From the sequence record NC_019411.1: a stretch of DNA of 64,000 nt. One strand, 5' to 3'. Below, one piece after another: positions 59,954 to 64,000 of this stretch (position 1 is its first letter; the number at the start of each line of letters is the position of its first letter). A program made the position numbers and the translations under genes. The notes below the pieces were generated by a model, which did not search any database, had not been told where the DNA came from, and saw only the letters and a list, made by a program, of their open reading frames with translations.

Positions 59954-61984
59954 ATGGATTTCCACGTCTTTAAGACGGCTGTCGCCAAGCAGTGGGCCGC
60001 GATGACCAAGGGTGACGCGACCTTGTTCCGCGTCGACGTCGACAAGGACCTCCTGTGGTCGACCTACCTGAAGGCGTTCCCGGCCGGGACCGATCCGATC
60101 TTCCGCGAGCGCTCCGAGCACGACTGCTCGTGCTGCCGCAACTTCATCCGAAACGCCGGCGACGCCGTGGCGGTGGTCAACGGCCAGATCGTCACGATCT
60201 GGGACTGGCCGATCGAGGGCGAGCCGGCCTATCAGCAGGTCTCCCAGACCCTGGCGGCCCTGGTCCGCTCGCGCCCGGTGCGCGACATCTTCCTGCACGA
60301 CCAGAAGACCATCGGGACCGACAAGAACGTCGAGACCATGCTGGGCGGCGACGTCACCTGGAACCACTTCTTCGTCAATGTCCCCTCGCGCTTCGTCAAG
60401 AAGGGCAAGGACATCCCGACCGCGCTCCACATCCCGCGCACCGCGCAGGAGACGCTTCTGCGCGCCGTGACCGAGATCACCGACGAGGCGATCGACACGG
60501 TGCTGGACCTGATCGCCCAGAACGCGCTCTATCGCGGGGCCGAGCACAAGTCGGCGGTGGTGGCGTTCCAGAAGGCCAAGAAGACCTTCGAGGGCCTGCC
60601 GGCGGCCGACAAGGCGCTGAAGGCCTGGGTCAACGTCACCAACGGCGAAATCTGGGGCTCGGTCTCGGGCATCCGGAGCACGGTGATCGGTTCGCTGCTG
60701 GTCGACCTGTCGGCTGACGTCGACCTGGAGGACGCGGTCAAGAAGTTCGAGGCAAAGGTCGCGCCGCACAACTACAAGCGCACGACCGCCCTGGTGACCA
60801 AGAAGCAGATCGAGAACGCCAAGAAGACGATCTCCGACCTGGGCCTGACCTCGGCCCTGGAGCGCCGCTACGCCGTCCTCAAGGACGTGTCGATCAACGA
60901 CGTGCTGTTCGCCGACCGCGACGCCAAGTCGGTGATGAACGACGTCTTCGACGATCTGGCCGCCGACGTCGCCGAGAAGGCCAAGTCCTACGACAAGGTC
61001 GAGGAGGTCTCGATCGACAAGTTCCTGTCCGACATCCTCCCGAGGGTGTCGAGCGTCGAGGCCCTGGTCGAGAACCGCCTGACGAGCAATTTCGTCAGCC
61101 TGATCGCGCCGGTCGATCCGACCGCCGGCTCCCTCTTCAAGTGGGGGAACAACTTCTCCTGGTCCTATGCCGGGGAGGTGGCGGACTCGATCAAGGCCCG
61201 CGTCAAGGCGGCCGGCGGCAACGTCACCGGCGATCTCTGCTGCCGTCTGGCGTGGTTCAACTATGACGACCTCGACTTCCACATGAAGGAGCCGGGCGGC
61301 AACCTGATCTACTTCCGCCAGAAGTCCTCGCCTTACACGGGCGGGCGCCTCGACGTCGACATGAACGCCGGTGGGGGCCATACCCGCGAGCCGGTCGAGA
61401 ACATCTTCTACGGCGACCGCCGGACGATGAAGGAAGGCGTCTACGAACTGATGGTCCATCAGTACAGCAAGCGCGAGTCCAGCAACGTCGGCTTCGAGGT
61501 GGAGATCGACTACCTGGGCTCGGTCACCCGCTACGCCTACACCACGGCCCTGCGCCAGGATCAGGTCGTCAAGGTGGCGCAGTTCAAGTACAGCCACGCG
61601 CGCGGCATCGAGTTCATCTCCTCGCTCCCGGCCTCGTCGGCGAGCAAGGACGTCTGGGGCGTCAAGACCGAGACCTTCCGCAGGGTCAACGTCATCATGC
61701 TCTCGCCCAACCACTGGGAAGGCGAGCCGGGCGTGGGGAACAAGCACTGGTTCTTCATGCTGGACGGGGGCGTCAACGAGGACGGCGCCCGTGGCTTCTA
61801 CAACGAGTTCCTGAAGGACAGCCTCACGCCCCACCGTCGCGTCTTCGAGATGCTGGGGTCCAAGCTGAAGCCCGCGCCGGCGGCTGAACAACTCTCCGGC
61901 CTGGGCTTCTCCTCGACCAAGCGCGACGAACTTGTCGTGCGCGTCAAGGGGGCCTTCACCCGTACCCTCAAGATCAAATTCTAA
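59954..61984 (+). CDS. Large conserved phage protein containing a YfaP/DUF2135-like domain
   Basis: HDC.CC..FI near N-terminus; LAW.N.DDLD.H..EP.G..IYF.......GG.LDVD.N.GG.....PVENI......G.Y...VH.Y. Confidence 0.75.
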   Translation: MDFHVFKTAVAKQWAAMTKGDATLFRVDVDKDLLWSTYLKAFPAGTDPIFRERSEHDCSCCRNFIRNAGDAVAVVNGQIVTIWDWPIEGEPAYQQVSQTLAALVRSRPVRDIFLHDQKTIGTDKNVETMLGGDVTWNHFFVNVPSRFVKKGKDIPTALHIPRTAQETLLRAVTEITDEAIDTVLDLIAQNALYRGAEHKSAVVAFQKAKKTFEGLPAADKALKAWVNVTNGEIWGSVSGIRSTVIGSLLVDLSADVDLEDAVKKFEAKVAPHNYKRTTALVTKKQIENAKKTISDLGLTSALERRYAVLKDVSINDVLFADRDAKSVMNDVFDDLAADVAEKAKSYDKVEEVSIDKFLSDILPRVSSVEALVENRLTSNFVSLIAPVDPTAGSLFKWGNNFSWSYAGEVADSIKARVKAAGGNVTGDLCCRLAWFNYDDLDFHMKEPGGNLIYFRQKSSPYTGGRLDVDMNAGGGHTREPVENIFYGDRRTMKEGVYELMVHQYSKRESSNVGFEVEIDYLGSVTRYAYTTALRQDQVVKVAQFKYSHARGIEFISSLPASSASKDVWGVKTETFRRVNVIMLSPNHWEGEPGVGNKHWFFMLDGGVNEDGARGFYNEFLKDSLTPHRRVFEMLGSKLKPAPAAEQLSGLGFSSTKRDELVVRVKGAFTRTLKIKF

Positions 61985-62003
61985 CGGAAGGACCTGAAAG
62001 ACC

Positions 62004-62426
62004 ATGAGCACCGATCTCTTCGAAATCGCCGCGCGCGAGAAGTTCCGCTTCGAGAGCCCCAAAGGCCTCCTGGGCGTGGAAGAACTGTTCGACCTGCCGC
62101 TGACCAGCACCGTCGCCGGCAAGGCCAACCTGAACGACATCGCCGTCGACCTGTTCAAGCAGATCAAGGACCTCGACAACATCTCGTTCGTCACGCCCAA
62201 GAAGGTCGACCCCTCGATCGGTCAGCGCCTGGACATCGTCAAGCGGGTGATCGAGATCAAGCAGGCCGAGAACGCGGCCAAGCTGAAGACCGCCCAGGAC
62301 AAGGAAACCCTGCGCATCCTCGACGAGGCGATCGCCGCCAAGAAGTCCGAGAAGATCGCCGGCACCTCGCTGGAAGACCTGGAAGCCCAGCGCGCGGCCC
62401 TGCTCTCGGGCGGCGCCTCGGCCTAA
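62004..62426 (+). CDS. Conserved hypothetical partner of upstream gene
   Basis: FE.A.R.K.RF.S.KG.L..E.LFDLPL...LN.IA; C-terminal coiled coil. Confidence 0.75.
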   Translation: MSTDLFEIAAREKFRFESPKGLLGVEELFDLPLTSTVAGKANLNDIAVDLFKQIKDLDNISFVTPKKVDPSIGQRLDIVKRVIEIKQAENAAKLKTAQDKETLRILDEAIAAKKSEKIAGTSLEDLEAQRAALLSGGASA

Positions 62427-62452
62427 GCCTCCGGGCGGGCTGACATAGGCGC

Positions 62453-62513
62453 TTGACAACACTCTCGCGCCAACATAGAAGGGCCTCCGACGACAACGCC
62501 GGAGGCCCTTTTC
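62453..62513 (+). promoter_or_regulatory. Promoter cassette P23 (apparent P18/P3 chimera)
   Basis: TTGACA-17-TAGAAG-7-GACGACAACG-CCGGAGG-ATG. Confidence 0.9.
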
Positions 62514-62822
62514 ATGACCGAGATTAGCTGCACCACGCCGGTTCCGAATAATCCGCGCTACGTGATTGTTACCGTCGATGGTCGGAAATATCGTTTCTCA
62601 GCGGCTGAGCGACGCCGACGCGGCGATGTCGTGATCAACTATGTGCTCGGAAGTCGAAAGGGCAAATGGGGCCAGTCGACCGATTGGGTCTCCCTGCCCC
62701 AAGGCCCCAAGCGCCGGACGGTGGTCTCCTCGGCCGCCGAGTTCCTCGCTTCGTCCCCAGACATTCCGGCTGAAGAACAGTCGGTCTGGGCCGGCGTCGC
62801 CTTTGCGAACCTCGCCCAATGA
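62514..62822 (+). CDS. Hypothetical protein, lower GC than neighbours
   Basis: First gene after P23; 67 G+C in a hand-counted 120-nt stretch. Confidence 0.65.
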   Translation: MTEISCTTPVPNNPRYVIVTVDGRKYRFSAAERRRRGDVVINYVLGSRKGKWGQSTDWVSLPQGPKRRTVVSSAAEFLASSPDIPAEEQSVWAGVAFANLAQ

Positions 62823-63271
62823 CCTATCCCATCCAGATCGACCCCGCGATCCTCGCCCTGGGCGCCGCCTGGAAGGCGGCTGACATCCTGGAGCGCGACC
62901 TGCGCGCCAAATGGACCTACGACAGCCACGACCGCGCCACCTACGAGGCCTGGAAGCTCGCCGACGACGCGCGCAACGCCGCCTTCAAGGCGATGACCAG
63001 CGCCCTGCCCGATCCGGGCAAGCCGGTGTTCATCAGTCCCACCGACTGGCTGGCCCAGCAGGACAACTGGCGCACCTACTATGCGCCGGTGAAGGCCTGG
63101 AACTCGGCGCCGCACTGGAACAACTGGTACCCGTGCCTGGGCCACTATGAGTTCAACGCCCGCACCGGCGAGCACTTCTACCGTGGGGCCGAGATGTACG
63201 ACCGCTGCATCGAGGAGGCCGTCCGGCGCAATGCCGAGTACGCGGCATACTACGCCAAGAAGGCCGCCTGA
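62819..63271 (+). CDS. Hypothetical protein
   Basis: ATGA overlap. Confidence 0.75.
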   Translation: MTYPIQIDPAILALGAAWKAADILERDLRAKWTYDSHDRATYEAWKLADDARNAAFKAMTSALPDPGKPVFISPTDWLAQQDNWRTYYAPVKAWNSAPHWNNWYPCLGHYEFNARTGEHFYRGAEMYDRCIEEAVRRNAEYAAYYAKKAA

Positions 63272-63272
63272 C

Positions 63273-63521
63273 ATGACCAAGTCCGTCCAGGTCCAGCGCG
63301 GCAAGACCACCTACCACGTCACCTTCGACGAGGCCGGGCAGGTCTCGTCGATCATCGGCGTCGCGGTGGTCGGCAAGGTCCCGCGCTACAAGGGCGGGAC
63401 GCGGCGCGTCACCTATTCCGGCGCCGGCAACGGCTGGCACGCCAGCGCCGGCCGCCCCATCCCCATGCAGCTTCGCCCGATCGCGGACGAGGCGTTCCAG
63501 ATCAAGGAGGCCCAGTCTTGA
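63273..63521 (+). CDS. Hypothetical protein (MTKSVQV...)
   Basis: ATG 1 nt after upstream stop. Confidence 0.7.
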   Translation: MTKSVQVQRGKTTYHVTFDEAGQVSSIIGVAVVGKVPRYKGGTRRVTYSGAGNGWHASAGRPIPMQLRPIADEAFQIKEAQS

Positions 63522-64000
63522 GCGACTTCCAGCTTTCCGCCCAGCACCAGCGGATCGTCAACAACACGATCGACGCGCTGGACTATCTCTTCCGGCGCAA
63601 CGGCGAGCCGTCCTCGGGCGGCGAGATGCCGTTCAACCGGCTCGATCTCGGGAGCATCGCCGACAACATCTCGGCCGTCCTGGCGGTGCTCCCCAGCCAC
63701 GCCGACATCCTGACGAAGTACCTCTTCATCGCCCAGGGGCTGCTTCGCGAGATCGCCAACTACCACGCGGCCAAGCCTGACGAACTGCGCCGGATGGCGC
63801 AGGCCCTGCGCCCCTTCTACAAGACCCGCGCCGCCGCTGGTCTGTCGCCGGCGGCCCAGCAGACCCTCGATTTCATGGTCGAAGGCCTGCGCTTCCTGGC
63901 CGAGAACGACTGCGAGCCTCCGTCAGGTGGCGAGCAGATGTACAACCGCATCTCGCTTCTGAGCCGCACCGGCTCGGACGCCAAGCGCCTGCGCCAGGAG
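63518..64000 (+). CDS. Hypothetical repeat protein (runs off window)
   Basis: TTG start with AAGGAGG SD; hand translation shows two similar ~40-aa units. Confidence 0.7.
   Translation, partial: MSDFQLSAQHQRIVNNTIDALDYLFRRNGEPSSGGEMPFNRLDLGSIADNISAVLAVLPSHADILTKYLFIAQGLLREIANYHAAKPDELRRMAQALRPFYKTRAAAGLSPAAQQTLDFMVEGLRFLAENDCEPPSGGEQMYNRISLLSRTGSDAKRLRQE

Noticed and set aside
11853-62200. Long antisense or alternate-frame ORFs (e.g. 11853-13517, 16369-17799, 23851-25296, 36491-38359, 45142-46512, 59906-62200)
   Set aside because: They shadow well-supported genes on the other strand, lack SDs and motifs, and are expected in high-GC DNA where stop codons are rare.
8810-62498. Repeated GACGACAACG as a CRISPR or att-type repeat
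   Set aside because: Copies are dispersed kilobases apart, always inside promoter context; no regular spacers, cas genes or integrase.
1-64000. CtrA boxes (TTAA-N7-TTAA), tRNA genes, transposons, structural genes
   Set aside because: None recognised on reading either strand.

Overview
A 64-kb, high-GC stretch of a large lytic alphaproteobacterial phage genome. It is most consistent with a phiCbK-like Caulobacter phage (inference from the GcrA homologue, alphaproteobacterial-type XRE regulator and gene content). It holds about 133 tightly overlapped, mostly small accessory/early genes in two divergent arms: all real genes lie on the minus strand from 1 to ~39,720 and on the plus strand from ~39,860 to the end. 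I found no structural, packaging or core replication genes, tRNAs, CRISPR array or integrase. Recognisable genes: DUF1643, proteasome-beta-like Ntn peptidase, NAD+ salvage pair (Nampt + NadM-Nudix), Pth2, RelA/SpoT-type HD hydrolase, HNH-AP2 and HNH nucleases, MazG-like protein, RtcB, SPFH lipoprotein, ArdC, acyl carrier protein, DUF4326, 5'(3')-nucleotidase, XRE regulator, GcrA, a PEP-utiliser swivel-domain protein, DUF1937, a metallophosphoesterase and a YfaP/DUF2135-domain protein. Two observations stand out. (1) An 81-aa gene coupled to gcrA looks like a DNA polymerase I palm with the fingers deleted, keeping both catalytic Asp motifs. (2) A family of ~23 dispersed promoter cassettes has a fixed architecture, YTGGC-N9-TTGACA-N17/18-TARRRN-N6-8-GACGACAACG-SD-start, including inverted and chimeric copies. 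All calls come from motif recognition by eye; no database search was run.
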